Assembly: GCA_964291675.2 (NCBI GenBank)
Contig: OZ219866.1
Location: 2,240,001-2,304,000, forward strand
Length of the DNA: 64,000 nt
Source: Alphaproteobacteria bacterium
GTDB lineage: Bacteria; Pseudomonadota; Alphaproteobacteria; MPNO01
Reading direction: 5' to 3'
Shown here: piece after piece, positions 48,644 through 60,476 of the stretch
Layout of the letters: each line of letters starts with the position of its first letter
Position numbering within the stretch: the stretch's first letter is position 1
Notes under the pieces: generated by a model
Database searches by the model: none
What the model saw: the letters and a program-made list of their open reading frames with translations, nothing else
What the model was told of the DNA's origin: nothing
Made by a program: the position numbers and the translations under genes

Positions 48644-48752
48644 GCCGGGCTCCGCGGTCGCAACAGAGGCGACGCCCGGCCGAGATACGGAGAGCGCGGT
48701 GACTGACGAGTCTGCAATCGCGATGGCCTCGCCGCCATCGGGCGAAGCCACG

Positions 48753-50156
48753 ATGCCGGAATCCGGCCCGGAATCCATCGTCGCCGGTCTGATGGAACGC
48801 GCCCGGGCGGCGATGGATGCCTACGACAACCACGACCAGGCGCGGGTCGACGAGGCCGTGACCGCGCTCGCCTGGTCGATCTACAAGCCCGAGAATGCGA
48901 GGGCGCTGGCCGAGCTCGCGGTCGAGGACACCGGCCTCGGCAATGTCGAGAGCAAGATCGTCAAGAACACCCGCAAGACCTTCGGCACCCTGCGCGACCT
49001 GATGCGGGTGCGCACGGTCGGCGCGATCGAGGAGCTGCCCGAGCGCGGCCTGGTGAAGTACGGCAAGCCGGTCGGCGTCGTCGGGGCGGTCTGCCCGTCG
49101 ACCAACCCGGCGGCGACCCCGGTCAACAAGGCGATGATGGCGCTCAAGGGCGGCAATGCGGTCATCGTCGCGCCGTCGCCCGCGGGCCAGAAGACCACGG
49201 CCGAGACCGTGCGCCTGATGCGCGCGGAGCTGGCGAAGGCGGGCCATCCCGAAGACCTGGTGCAGATCCTGCCGCCGCCGGTCGACAGGGCGATGACCCA
49301 GGTGCTGATGGACCGCTGCGACCTGGTCGTGGTCACCGGCAGCCAGAACAATGTCCGCCGCGCGATGAAGTCCGGCACGGTGACCATCGGCGTCGGCCCC
49401 GGCAACGTTCCGGTCATCGTCGATTCCAGCGCCGACCTGGCCGACGCGGCGCGAAAAATCTGCGCGTCGAAAATCTTCGACAACGCGACCTCCTGCTCGT
49501 CGGAGAACGCGGTCATCGTTCTCGACGACGTCTACGAATCCGCCTTGGCCGCCCTGGTCGAGGCCGGCGGCTATCGCTGCACGCCGCGCGAGAAGGCGGC
49601 GATAGAAGATGTGCTGTGGCGGGGCGGGATGCTGAACCGCCGCGTCATCGCCAAGGACGCCGACGTCGCCGCGCGCGCCTTCGGTCTGCCGGAAGCGGCC
49701 CAGCGCGCCAAATTCTTCATGGTCGAGGAGGCGCGGGTCGGAGGAAAGCACTCCTTCGCCGACGAGAAGCTCTCGCTGGTGCTCACGGTCTACCGCGCCC
49801 GGGACTTTGCCGACGCCAAGCGCATCGCGACGGCGATCCTGCGGGTCACCGGCCTCGGCCACTCCGTCGGCATCCACACCGCGGAGCTCGACCGCGCGCG
49901 CGATCTCGCTTCATCCACCGATGTCGTCCGGGTGCTGGTCAACCAGGCGCACACCTTCGGCAATGGCGGCAGCTTCGACAACGCGCTCCCGTTCACCCTG
50001 TCGATGGGCGGCGGAAGCTGGGCCGGCAACACGATCTCGGAGAACCTCAACTGGTCGCATTTCATCAACGTCACCCATCTGGTGACCACGATCTCCGAGG
50101 ACCGGCCGAGCGAGGAGGAGATGTTCGCCGGCCACTGGGCCAAATATGGGCGCTAG
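48753..50156 (+). CDS. sauS: Acylating sulfoacetaldehyde dehydrogenase
   Basis: DTGLGNVESKIVKN, PSTNPAATP, SKIFDNATSCSSEN, EKLS, VNQAHTFGNGGSFDNALPF match SauS as I recall it; context with xsc; start approximate. Confidence 0.87.
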   Translation: MPESGPESIVAGLMERARAAMDAYDNHDQARVDEAVTALAWSIYKPENARALAELAVEDTGLGNVESKIVKNTRKTFGTLRDLMRVRTVGAIEELPERGLVKYGKPVGVVGAVCPSTNPAATPVNKAMMALKGGNAVIVAPSPAGQKTTAETVRLMRAELAKAGHPEDLVQILPPPVDRAMTQVLMDRCDLVVVTGSQNNVRRAMKSGTVTIGVGPGNVPVIVDSSADLADAARKICASKIFDNATSCSSENAVIVLDDVYESALAALVEAGGYRCTPREKAAIEDVLWRGGMLNRRVIAKDADVAARAFGLPEAAQRAKFFMVEEARVGGKHSFADEKLSLVLTVYRARDFADAKRIATAILRVTGLGHSVGIHTAELDRARDLASSTDVVRVLVNQAHTFGNGGSFDNALPFTLSMGGGSWAGNTISENLNWSHFINVTHLVTTISEDRPSEEEMFAGHWAKYGR

Positions 50157-50198
50157 CTACGCCGGCCGGAGCGCGCGCGGGCGAGGTCGCGGCACGCC

Positions 50199-51329
50199 AT
50201 GAACTTCGAGGAACATGCCGGCAAGGCGCTGCTCGCGGCGCGGGGGATGCCGGTACCGGAGGGCGTCACTGTCGACTCCCCGGATGCCGCGGCCGACGCG
50301 GCACGCGCGCTCGGCGGTCCCTGCATCGTCAAGGCGCAGGCGCCGACGGGGAAGCGCGGCAAGGCCGGCGGCATCCGTCCCGCGGGCTCGCCCCGGGAAG
50401 CGCGTGAAGCGGCGGCCGACATTCTCGGCATGACCATCGAGGGGCATCGGATCGAGCGCCTGCTGGTCGAGCGGCGGGCCGCCATCGCCGCCGAGCTCTA
50501 CGCCGCGGTGCTGACCGATCCGGAGAGCCGCGGGCCGGTCGTCCTGTTCTCCACGCGAGGCGGCATGGAGGTCGAGGAGATCGCCGCCGCCGACCCTGGG
50601 GCCATGCGCCGGATCGAAGTCGACATCGCCCGGGGGCTTACCGCCGGGCAGGCTTCCGCCGCGCTCTCCGGCATGGATCTGCGCGGAGAAGAGGACGCGG
50701 TCGCCCGGTTTCTGGCCGAGCTCTACGCCGCCTACCGGGCGCTCGACGCGGAGCTGCTGGAGATCAACCCGCTGGCGCTGACCGACGGGGGGCGGCTGCT
50801 CTGCCTCGACTGCAAGTACGCGCTCGACGATTCCTCGGCCGGCCGGCAGGCGCCGGTGGCCGAGGCGGGGACGCCCGAACGCATGACGGCGCTGGAGGCC
50901 GAGGCCCACGCCGCCGGGCTGAAATATATCGAGCTCGACGGCAGTGTCGGCGTGCTGGCCAACGGCGCCGGTCTCACCATGGCGACCATGGACGCGATCG
51001 CCCATTACGGCGGCCGGCCGGCCAACTTCCTGGAGATCGGCGGCGAGGCCTATACCAAGGCCGAAACCGCGCTCACCATCCTGCTCGGGAATCCCGACAT
51101 CCGGTCCCTGCTGGTCAATTTCTGCGGCGCCTTCGCGCGTACCGACGTGATGGCGGAAGGAGTCGTGCAGGCGTGGCGCAAGCTCGATCCCGACATCCCG
51201 GTCTTCTTCTCGATCCACGGTACCGGGGAGGAGGCGGCGGTGGCGCTGGTCGAGCGCGAGCTGGGCCACCGGCCCTACGAGCTGATGGACGACGCGGTGC
51301 GGGCGGCGGTCGTCGCGGCGGCGCGATGA
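50199..51329 (+). CDS. ADP-forming CoA ligase beta subunit (SucC paralogue; probable sulfoacetate-CoA ligase)
   Basis: KAQ..GKRGKAGGI, EINPL, NGAGL, ANFLEIGG; canonical NIFGGI replaced by NFCGAF. Confidence 0.85.
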   Translation: MNFEEHAGKALLAARGMPVPEGVTVDSPDAAADAARALGGPCIVKAQAPTGKRGKAGGIRPAGSPREAREAAADILGMTIEGHRIERLLVERRAAIAAELYAAVLTDPESRGPVVLFSTRGGMEVEEIAAADPGAMRRIEVDIARGLTAGQASAALSGMDLRGEEDAVARFLAELYAAYRALDAELLEINPLALTDGGRLLCLDCKYALDDSSAGRQAPVAEAGTPERMTALEAEAHAAGLKYIELDGSVGVLANGAGLTMATMDAIAHYGGRPANFLEIGGEAYTKAETALTILLGNPDIRSLLVNFCGAFARTDVMAEGVVQAWRKLDPDIPVFFSIHGTGEEAAVALVERELGHRPYELMDDAVRAAVVAAAR

Positions 51330-52184
51330 TCCTGCGCCGGGACCACCGCATCCTGGTCCAGGGCGTGACCGGCAAGCAGGGCAGCTTCTGGACCCGGGCG
51401 ATGATCGACTACGGCGCGGCGGCGGTCGGCGGCGTCAACCCGCGCAAGGCGGGGACGGAGCATCTCGGCCTGCCGGTCTTCGCCTCGGCCGTGGAGGCGG
51501 CCAGGGAGGCGCCGTTCGACGTGGCGCTGATGTTCATCCCGCCGGCGATGGCGCGGCGGGCGGCGTTCGATGCCTGCGAGGCCGGCGCGCAACTGCTGGT
51601 TTGCCTGACCGAGCACATCCCGGCGCATGACGTGATGGAGATGCTGGCGGCGGCGCGGGCCAACGGCACGCGGATCGTGGGGCCGAACACCGCCGGGCTG
51701 GTGACCCCCGGCGAGACCTTCGCGGGCATCCTGCCGGCGTTCAACGAACGGGTCTTCCGGCCCGGCGGCGTCGGGGTGATTTCGCGCTCGGGCAGCCTCG
51801 GCACGCTGCTCAGCCTGGTGCTGACCCAGCACGGCTACGGCCAGTCGGCGGTCTATGGCGTCGGCGGCGATCCGATCGTCGGCACGACGACGCGCGAGGC
51901 GCTCGAAATCCTCGACGCCGACCCGCGCACCGAGGCGGTGGTGATCTGCGGCGAGATCGGCGGGACCGCCGAAGAGGACGCCGCCGAGTACGCCGCCGGC
52001 ATGGCCAAGCCGGTGGTCGCCTTCGTGGCCGGCCGCGCCTCGCCGCCGGGCAAGAAGATGGGCCATGCCGGCGCCATCGTTGCCGGCGGAAAGGGCGATT
52101 ACCGCGCCAAGCGAACGGCGCTGGAAGAAGCCGGCGTCGCCGTCGCCGACGTGCCGAGCGACATTCCCGCACTGCTTTCGGCGG

Positions 52185-53870
<1,686 letters not shown>

Positions 53871-53889
53871 GGGAGGCTCCTGGTTTCGC

Positions 53890-55413
53890 CTATGCGACGT
53901 CGCGGGAGGCGTACTCGGGCAGCAGGTCGGGGATCGGGTAGCGCTCGTCGAGGGGGATCGACTTGCCGTCTCCGAGCGCGATCCGGCAGTGATAGCGCTT
54001 GAGCGCGCGCGGATGCGCGACGCCGCAGGAATGGCTGATGATGCCGGTGCCGTAGCGCAGCTTGTCGACGAAGTTCCTGACCCGCACCGCCTTGACCTGC
54101 GGATCGAGCCCGCGCTGCAAGCGGCGGTCGTGGGTGGTGATCCCGGTGGGGCAGGTGTTGCGGTTGCATTTGAGCGACTGGATGCAGCCGAGCGCGAACA
54201 TGAAGCCGCGCGCCGACACCACGAAATCCGCGCCCACGCAATAGGCCCACGCCACCTCGGCCGGCGTGATCAGCTTGCCCGAGGCGATCACCCTGATGCG
54301 CTCGCGCAAGCCGTGGCGCAGCAGGATGTCGACGACGATCGGCAGGGCTTCCTTGATCGGCATGCCGACATTGTCCATCAGCGGCATCGGCGCCGCGCCG
54401 GTGCCGCCGTCGCCCGAATCGACGGTGATGAAATCGGGCGCCGACTCGAGGCCGCGCGCATGAATTTCACGGCACATGCTCTCGAGCCAGCCATAGGCGC
54501 CGACCACGGTCTTGAAGCCGACCGGCGTTCCGGTGACGTCGCGGATGCGGCGGATGGCATCCAGCAGGTCGGATACGGAATCGATATCGAGGTGGCGGTT
54601 GGGCGAGATCGAATCCCGGTATGGCGGGATGCCGCGGATCGCGCCGATCTCCTCGGTGACCTTGGCGGCCGGCAGGATTCCGCCCTTGCCCGGCTTGGCG
54701 CCCTGGCTGAGCTTGAGCTCGAACATCTTCACCTCATCGTGCGCCGCCACCTCGCGCAGCCGGTCGTCGCACAGATTGCCCGCGCCGTCGCGCACGCCGT
54801 ATTTCGCGGTGCCGATCTGGAACACCACGTCGCAGCCGCCTTCCAGGTGGTAGGGCGCCAACCCGCCCTCGCCGGTGTTGAGCCAGCAGCCGGCGAGCGC
54901 CGCGCCCTTCGAGAGCGCGCGGACCGCGGGCTCGGAGATCGCGCCGAAGCTCATGCCCGAGACGTTGACCACCGACTGGGCCACGTAGGGCCGCCGGGCG
55001 AACGGGCCGATGGTGAGCGCCGGCGCCGGCTCGCTGTCCTCGTCGATCTTGGGGAACGGGCAGTTGACGAAGATGACCGTGCCCGCCGGCAGCAGCGATT
55101 TCGTCGAGCCGAACGCGATCGTGTTGTCGACGCCCCGCGAGGACTTGTAGACCCAGTCGCGCTCCGCCCGGTTGAAGGGCATCTCGTCGCGGTCCATGGC
55201 GAAGAAGTACTGCCGGAAATACTCGCCAAGCGTGGTGAAGAGACGGCGAAACCGGCCGATGACCGGATAGTTGCGCCGCACCGCGTCCGCCGTCTGCGAG
55301 ACGTCGATGACGAACATCGCCGCGACGACCAGGACGAAGATCGCGAGCGCAAATACGAGCAGGGCGGTCAGGACATTTATGCTGGTCATCGTGAAAGAGG
55401 CGAACAAAGACAT
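53890..55413 (-). CDS. FMN-binding glutamate synthase family protein with N-terminal TM
   Basis: RNYPVIGRFR, SGMSFGA, NTGEGG, KLSQGAKPGKGG, DGGTGAAP, CIQSLKCNRNTCPTG. Confidence 0.9.
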   Translation of the reverse strand: MSLFASFTMTSINVLTALLVFALAIFVLVVAAMFVIDVSQTADAVRRNYPVIGRFRRLFTTLGEYFRQYFFAMDRDEMPFNRAERDWVYKSSRGVDNTIAFGSTKSLLPAGTVIFVNCPFPKIDEDSEPAPALTIGPFARRPYVAQSVVNVSGMSFGAISEPAVRALSKGAALAGCWLNTGEGGLAPYHLEGGCDVVFQIGTAKYGVRDGAGNLCDDRLREVAAHDEVKMFELKLSQGAKPGKGGILPAAKVTEEIGAIRGIPPYRDSISPNRHLDIDSVSDLLDAIRRIRDVTGTPVGFKTVVGAYGWLESMCREIHARGLESAPDFITVDSGDGGTGAAPMPLMDNVGMPIKEALPIVVDILLRHGLRERIRVIASGKLITPAEVAWAYCVGADFVVSARGFMFALGCIQSLKCNRNTCPTGITTHDRRLQRGLDPQVKAVRVRNFVDKLRYGTGIISHSCGVAHPRALKRYHCRIALGDGKSIPLDERYPIPDLLPEYASRDVA

Positions 55414-55510
55414 TGTGCAACCCTTCCGTTGCGCTATCGGCGCCCGCCTTGGAGCCCGAATTGGCCGCTGCGGTCGCCGGACCTTTCAAGTATAGCTTGA
55501 CCCGCGCCAT

Positions 55511-56932
55511 TCAAGCCGGGCGCTGCCCGGCCGGCGGCAGCCCGATGCGATCGCACGCCCGGCCCAGCGCACGCTCGCAGGCGAGCGCGAGCGCGAGCGC
55601 GGTCTCCTCGTCGCCGCCGCGCGCCACGATATGCAGCCCGACCGGCATTCCGGCGCCGTCCAGCGCCACCGGCAGCGTGACCGCGCACATGCCGAGCAGG
55701 CTCGCGGTGTTGGTGTTGCGCACCAGCCGCATGTTCAGCCTGAGCTGGTCATCGGCATCGCCGAGCTCGGCCATGACGGGCGGGGTCAGCGGCAGCGTCG
55801 GCCCGACCAGCGCGTGCAGCCCGTCGAAGGCACCATGCGCCTCGCGGGTCAGCTCGCCGAGCCGGTGTACCCGCTGGAGGTGCTCGGAGGCCGACAACCG
55901 TTCCATCTTCTCGATCCGGATCGCCACCGCCGGGTCCAGATCGGCGCGGTAGTCCGACATCTCGCCGGCGATGAACCGCGCGAAGTGGCCGACATGCAGC
56001 CCGCCTTGCAGGAATATTTCGGTGGCAGGCTCGAACTGGGGCATGGCCGCCGGAGACACGCGCAGGCCGGACCGGGCGAGCTCGTCGAGCGCGGATTTCA
56101 CCCCTTCGGCGATGCCGGGATCGCAGTCCTCGAAATACCAGTCGCACAGCCCGACGCGGAAGTCGGCGAGCTCGGCGCCGGCGAGCCGCCGTGTCCAGGC
56201 GACGGCGTCTTCCTCGACACCGGGGTCGATGGCGCCGAAGCCGATCGTCATGTCGGCGGCCGAGCGCGCGAGCACGCCCGCGGTGTCGAGCGGCGGGCTC
56301 AGCGGCACGATTCCCCCGGTCGACCAGCTTCCCGCCGTCGGGCGAATCCCCGCATTGCCGGTCATCGAGGCGGGTATGCGCACCGAGCCCGCCGTGTCCG
56401 AGCCGATCGCCAGCAGCGCCGATCCCTCGCACAGGCTGACGCCGGCGCCCGAGCTCGATCCCCCGGGCGAGCGGTGCACGGACGCGTCCCACGGGTTGCG
56501 CGGCGCGCCCCAGTGCGGGTTGGCGCCGAGCCCGCCATAGGCGAACTGCACGGTGTGGGTCTTGCCGCTGATCACCGCGAGATGGCGGCGGAGCGAGCGG
56601 ACGACCGGCCCTTCGCTCCGCCATTCGTCGGGCAGCTCGCGCGGGCAGCCGGCGAAGGTGGGATAGCCGGCGACGCCGAATAGATCCTTGATCGAGACCG
56701 GGACGCCCTGCAGGGGGCCGAGATCGTTGTGGGTGGCGCGCGCCGCATCGGCGAGCCCGGCCTCGGCGCGCACGCGATCGGGGTCGAAGGTCTTGTAGGC
56801 GTGGAACACCTCGCCGCGGGCCTCGTGGTTGGCGATCGCCCAGTCGGCGATGGCGGCGGCGCTCAGCCGGCCCGCGTGCAATGCGGCGACGATCGTTTCG
56901 AGCGGGTCGGTGGCAAGGTTCGGATCGGCCAT
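55511..56932 (-). CDS. Amidase signature family protein
   Basis: SIKD, PGGSSSG, GSDTAGSVRIPA (Ser-cisSer-Lys). Confidence 0.92.
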   Translation of the reverse strand: MADPNLATDPLETIVAALHAGRLSAAAIADWAIANHEARGEVFHAYKTFDPDRVRAEAGLADAARATHNDLGPLQGVPVSIKDLFGVAGYPTFAGCPRELPDEWRSEGPVVRSLRRHLAVISGKTHTVQFAYGGLGANPHWGAPRNPWDASVHRSPGGSSSGAGVSLCEGSALLAIGSDTAGSVRIPASMTGNAGIRPTAGSWSTGGIVPLSPPLDTAGVLARSAADMTIGFGAIDPGVEEDAVAWTRRLAGAELADFRVGLCDWYFEDCDPGIAEGVKSALDELARSGLRVSPAAMPQFEPATEIFLQGGLHVGHFARFIAGEMSDYRADLDPAVAIRIEKMERLSASEHLQRVHRLGELTREAHGAFDGLHALVGPTLPLTPPVMAELGDADDQLRLNMRLVRNTNTASLLGMCAVTLPVALDGAGMPVGLHIVARGGDEETALALALACERALGRACDRIGLPPAGQRPA

Positions 56933-57038
56933 CGTGGCGCCCTCTTCTTGAGGCAGGCCGGCCATTCCCGCGGTCTGCCGGCCCGGTCGCGGCCTATTCT
57001 AATCGGCCTTCGGGCCGGTCGGCACTGGCGTCTCGGCC

Positions 57039-57920
57039 CTACGGCTTGAACCAGTAGTTCCACATGCGCTCGCCGATGTCGCAGCCCCTGGGATAGACGT
57101 ATCCGCCGGGCGACGCGCGCGATCGCCCGGGCGACGCCACCCGGATGAGATGGCCGGGAAGCACGCGGTCGAATTGCGGCGCGGTTCCCGCGATCTCCAG
57201 GATCAGCTTGCGCCGTATGGCGCGCGCGAAATCCTCGAAGCTGCCGGCGACCACCAGGAACGCACCGGGGCCGCCGATCACGCAGCCGAGGTAATACTTG
57301 TCCAGATCCGCCAGGTAGAACCGGCGGTCGAAGGCGTCGGCCCGGTTGAGGATCGGCAGACCGTTGATGGTGATCCGCCGGGAGATCGTGGCGTCGCGGA
57401 CCGCGTCGACCGGATTCCCGAAATTGTTCGGCCCGTCGCCCGAGACGTCGATCACGCGGCGGGTGCCGTCGAGCGCGTTGGTCTCGATCATCTCCCGCGC
57501 CTGTTCGATGGCATCGCTGATCGAGGTTCGCCGCCCGAAGGTCAGCGGCACCGCGAGCAGCCGGGAGGCGAAGGACTGGGCGCTCTCGCGCCCCTCCACC
57601 ACCGTCCAGTCGATGACGATCCTGTTGAAGGCGCGGCTTGAGTAATCGATATACGCGACGCCGATCTTGCGCAGAAAGCCCGATTGGATCGCGCGGATGA
57701 CCGCCGGGTTGCGGAACGCCTCCGCGATTCCCCGGCGCTGCAACAGGGCCTCCTCATGGCTGATGCTGCGCGAGACATCGGTGGCGATGACGAGCTCGAG
57801 ATCGACGGCCACCGGCGCCGCCATCGGCGAGCTGGCAAGGCACCATCCGGCCAGCGCACCGCCGGCGAGCGCCAGCGTCGTTCCACGCCCGGAATTCTGC
57901 GCTCTCTCGCGTCCTGCCAT
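57039..57920 (-). CDS. DUF1194 (VWA-like) secreted protein
   Basis: VDLELVIATDVSRS, RRVIDVSGDGPNN, ITINGLPI, VIGGPGAF, AIRRKLILEIA. Confidence 0.85.
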   Translation of the reverse strand: MAGRERAQNSGRGTTLALAGGALAGWCLASSPMAAPVAVDLELVIATDVSRSISHEEALLQRRGIAEAFRNPAVIRAIQSGFLRKIGVAYIDYSSRAFNRIVIDWTVVEGRESAQSFASRLLAVPLTFGRRTSISDAIEQAREMIETNALDGTRRVIDVSGDGPNNFGNPVDAVRDATISRRITINGLPILNRADAFDRRFYLADLDKYYLGCVIGGPGAFLVVAGSFEDFARAIRRKLILEIAGTAPQFDRVLPGHLIRVASPGRSRASPGGYVYPRGCDIGERMWNYWFKP

Positions 57921-57970
57921 CCGACCGGCCCTCGCTCGATCCTGAGGGAAACAGGTGGCACAGCGCAATG

Positions 57971-59257
57971 CTAGTTCACGAACCGCTCCGGCGGGATGAG
58001 CGAGCGGACGTCGTTCAGCAGATCGGTGCTCAGCCCGGTCGTTTCCCGGTAGCTCCGGGCGATGTCGAGCTCGTCGTCGCTGAGGACGTGGCGGATGTCT
58101 TCGAACCCCTCGGGCGCGCGTTCCTCGACCAGCGCCATGAAGCGTTCCGGCCCGCCCGCCCGGTTCCGCGAGAGCACCGTCTCCATCGCCGGCCGGCGTT
58201 CGGCCTCGTATGCCTTCAGCGCCGCCTCGGGGTCCGCGGGGTTCGCCGCCAGCTCGCGTCCCAGCACCCGCGCATCGACGATCGCGAGCGAGGCGCCGTT
58301 CGACCCGATGGGGGTGAGCGGATGGGCCGCGTCGCCCAGCAGGGCCACATTGTCGAAGGTCCATCGCGGCAGCGGATCGCGGTCGACCTGCGGATACTCC
58401 CAGATGCCGGAGTTGCGCGAGACCACGTCGGGCACGTCGATCCAGTCGAACACCCAGCTCTCGAACTCGGATGCGAAATCCTCCGCCCTGCCGGTCCGGT
58501 CCCAGTCTTCCGGCCGAAACTCCATATCCTCCGGCGCGACCAGCTCGCACAGCCAGTTGAGCATCAACCCGTCTTCTCCGGGCCTGCGTTCGGCGCTCGG
58601 CTTGCGGATCTGGTAGGCGACGAATTTCTGGCGCCAGGTGCCGGTGACGACCATGGTGTGGCCGTCCAGCATCCTCACCCCCTCGCTCACGCCGCGCCAC
58701 ATGATGACGCGGTTCCAGTGCGGCGGCTTCTCGTCGGGATAGAAATGCGCGCGCAGGGTGGAGTGGACGCCGTCGGCGCCGACCAAGACGTCGGCGTCGA
58801 CGGATTCGGCGGATCGGCCCGCGGCGCGGTCGAGCAGGCGCGCCGCGGCGCGGCCGCCGCGCCGCTCGATGCCGACGCAGCGATGTCCGAGCCTGAGCGC
58901 ATCGCTTCCGAGCCGGCGCCGGACCTCGTCGGCCAGCATCAGGTGGAAGGCGCCGCGGTGCATGTGGAACTGCGGCCAGTCGAACCCCGCCTCCGAGCCG
59001 AGCTTCTCGGTCAGCACGTGCTGGCCGCGCCCGGTGTAGTAGGCGAGGCCGCGGGCGGGAATGCCGGCCTCGCGCAGCCGATCCTCCAGCCCGAGCCGGA
59101 ACAGCTCGCGCACGCAGTATGGCTGGAGATTGATGCCGGTGCCGGACGGCCGCAGCTCGCGCGCCGCCTCGTAGACGGTGCAGGAGATGCCGAGCTGGTG
59201 CAGCGTCAGCGCCGTCGTCAGCCCGCCGATGCCCCCGCCGACGATCGCAACGTGCAT
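57971..59257 (-). CDS. Group A FAD-dependent monooxygenase (salicylate hydroxylase-like)
   Basis: GGGIGG, GADGVHS, DRDPLPRW, LLGDAAH...GSNGAS. Confidence 0.9.
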   Translation of the reverse strand: MHVAIVGGGIGGLTTALTLHQLGISCTVYEAARELRPSGTGINLQPYCVRELFRLGLEDRLREAGIPARGLAYYTGRGQHVLTEKLGSEAGFDWPQFHMHRGAFHLMLADEVRRRLGSDALRLGHRCVGIERRGGRAAARLLDRAAGRSAESVDADVLVGADGVHSTLRAHFYPDEKPPHWNRVIMWRGVSEGVRMLDGHTMVVTGTWRQKFVAYQIRKPSAERRPGEDGLMLNWLCELVAPEDMEFRPEDWDRTGRAEDFASEFESWVFDWIDVPDVVSRNSGIWEYPQVDRDPLPRWTFDNVALLGDAAHPLTPIGSNGASLAIVDARVLGRELAANPADPEAALKAYEAERRPAMETVLSRNRAGGPERFMALVEERAPEGFEDIRHVLSDDELDIARSYRETTGLSTDLLNDVRSLIPPERFVN

Positions 59258-59269
59258 CGTCCGATTGCC

Positions 59270-60445
59270 TTACCCTTCGAGCAAATTCCGTTTGCGGAGC
59301 CAGTCGAGCGTGAGCCCGATCGCCTCGGCCATCTGCTCCGGCTGGTCGAGGTAGTAGTGCGTCGCGCCCTTGATGACGCGGTGCTCCTTGTCGGCGGTGC
59401 CGGCGGCTTCGAAGATCGCCCCGGTATGCGGCTGCGGGACGGCGTCGTCGGCGCTGTTCTCGATCGCCAGCAGCGGCACCGAGATCGCGGCCGCGTTCGC
59501 CGGCCCGTCGGCCCGGCTCTCGTCATAGCTCCACTGGCTGAGCCAGGAGCGCAGCGTCGAGAAGCGGCCGATACCCACCGGCCCGCTGTTCACCGTCTCC
59601 GGATCGCCGAGATAGCACCAGTTGGGCTTCCGGTCGTTCGGGTCGACCGCCGGGTCGAGGAAGCGCGGATCCGCCATCGTGCGGTGGACGACGAAGCCGC
59701 GCTCCACCTCCTTGCCGCCCTTTTTCCGCAGATCCTCCAGCGTCTGGCGCACCCGGGCGGTGATCCTGCGGTTGCGCGCGATCTGGGCCGCGCGGTAGCG
59801 CTCGATGAACCCGGCGCCGAAGGGCGGGCCGTTCTCCGGGTTGTAGATGTCGAGTGCGCGGTCCCGGTCGTCGGGGTCGAGCTCGTCGCGCACCGAGGCA
59901 TCCATCCATTCGGTCAGGGTCCTGGCGCGGGACAGATGCGCCGCCTGGAAGGTTATCGCGTCGGCCGGGATCAGCTCAGCGCCCGCCACGTCCACCGGAT
60001 CGCCGGCCGGCGTGTCGGTGACGGTCGGGTTCTCCGCCTGCGCCTGGTAGAACAGCGAGAGCGCGCCGCCGCCCGACCAGCCGCCGAGCACGATCTTCTC
60101 GTAGCCCCATTCCTCCTTCGCCGCGCGGATCCAGGCGCCGATGTCGAGCAGGATTTTCTCGAAGATCAGCGCCGAATCGTTCTTCGGATATCGGCTGCCC
60201 GCGCACAGAACGTGGACGCCGTGGGTCGGCAGGGCCCTGGTTACCGGCAGGAGCTGGAGGGTGGACGACGGATGCATGAAGAGCATCAGCGTCTTCGAGC
60301 CGCGGCCCTTGGGGGTGTAGTGCACGCCTTCGAGGTTCACGTTGCCGGCCGCGCCGGCGAACCCGTAGGTCTCGGTGAACCGGGAGACTTCCCGATACTG
60401 CACGTGCCGCCAGGCGGCTTCGGTCTCGAACCGGGGCTCGGTCAC
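59270..60445 (-). CDS. Alpha/beta hydrolase fold protein
   Basis: GWSGGG nucleophile, ADDAV, GATHYY triad. Confidence 0.85.
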   Translation of the reverse strand: MTEPRFETEAAWRHVQYREVSRFTETYGFAGAAGNVNLEGVHYTPKGRGSKTLMLFMHPSSTLQLLPVTRALPTHGVHVLCAGSRYPKNDSALIFEKILLDIGAWIRAAKEEWGYEKIVLGGWSGGGALSLFYQAQAENPTVTDTPAGDPVDVAGAELIPADAITFQAAHLSRARTLTEWMDASVRDELDPDDRDRALDIYNPENGPPFGAGFIERYRAAQIARNRRITARVRQTLEDLRKKGGKEVERGFVVHRTMADPRFLDPAVDPNDRKPNWCYLGDPETVNSGPVGIGRFSTLRSWLSQWSYDESRADGPANAAAISVPLLAIENSADDAVPQPHTGAIFEAAGTADKEHRVIKGATHYYLDQPEQMAEAIGLTLDWLRKRNLLEG

Positions 60446-60476
60446 GTCTCTCCTCCCGTCGTATCGCGGCCCGGGG

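Noticed and set aside
55486-55500. Palindrome TCAAG-N5-CTTGA with TATACT (minus strand) upstream of the FMN glutamate-synthase-like gene
   Set aside because: Short, single occurrence and no properly spaced -35; not enough to call
57921-58700. N-terminal extension of the DUF1194 ORF suggesting a fusion or frameshift with the monooxygenase
   Set aside because: The extension is an alternate frame of an intact monooxygenase that has its own stop at 57971
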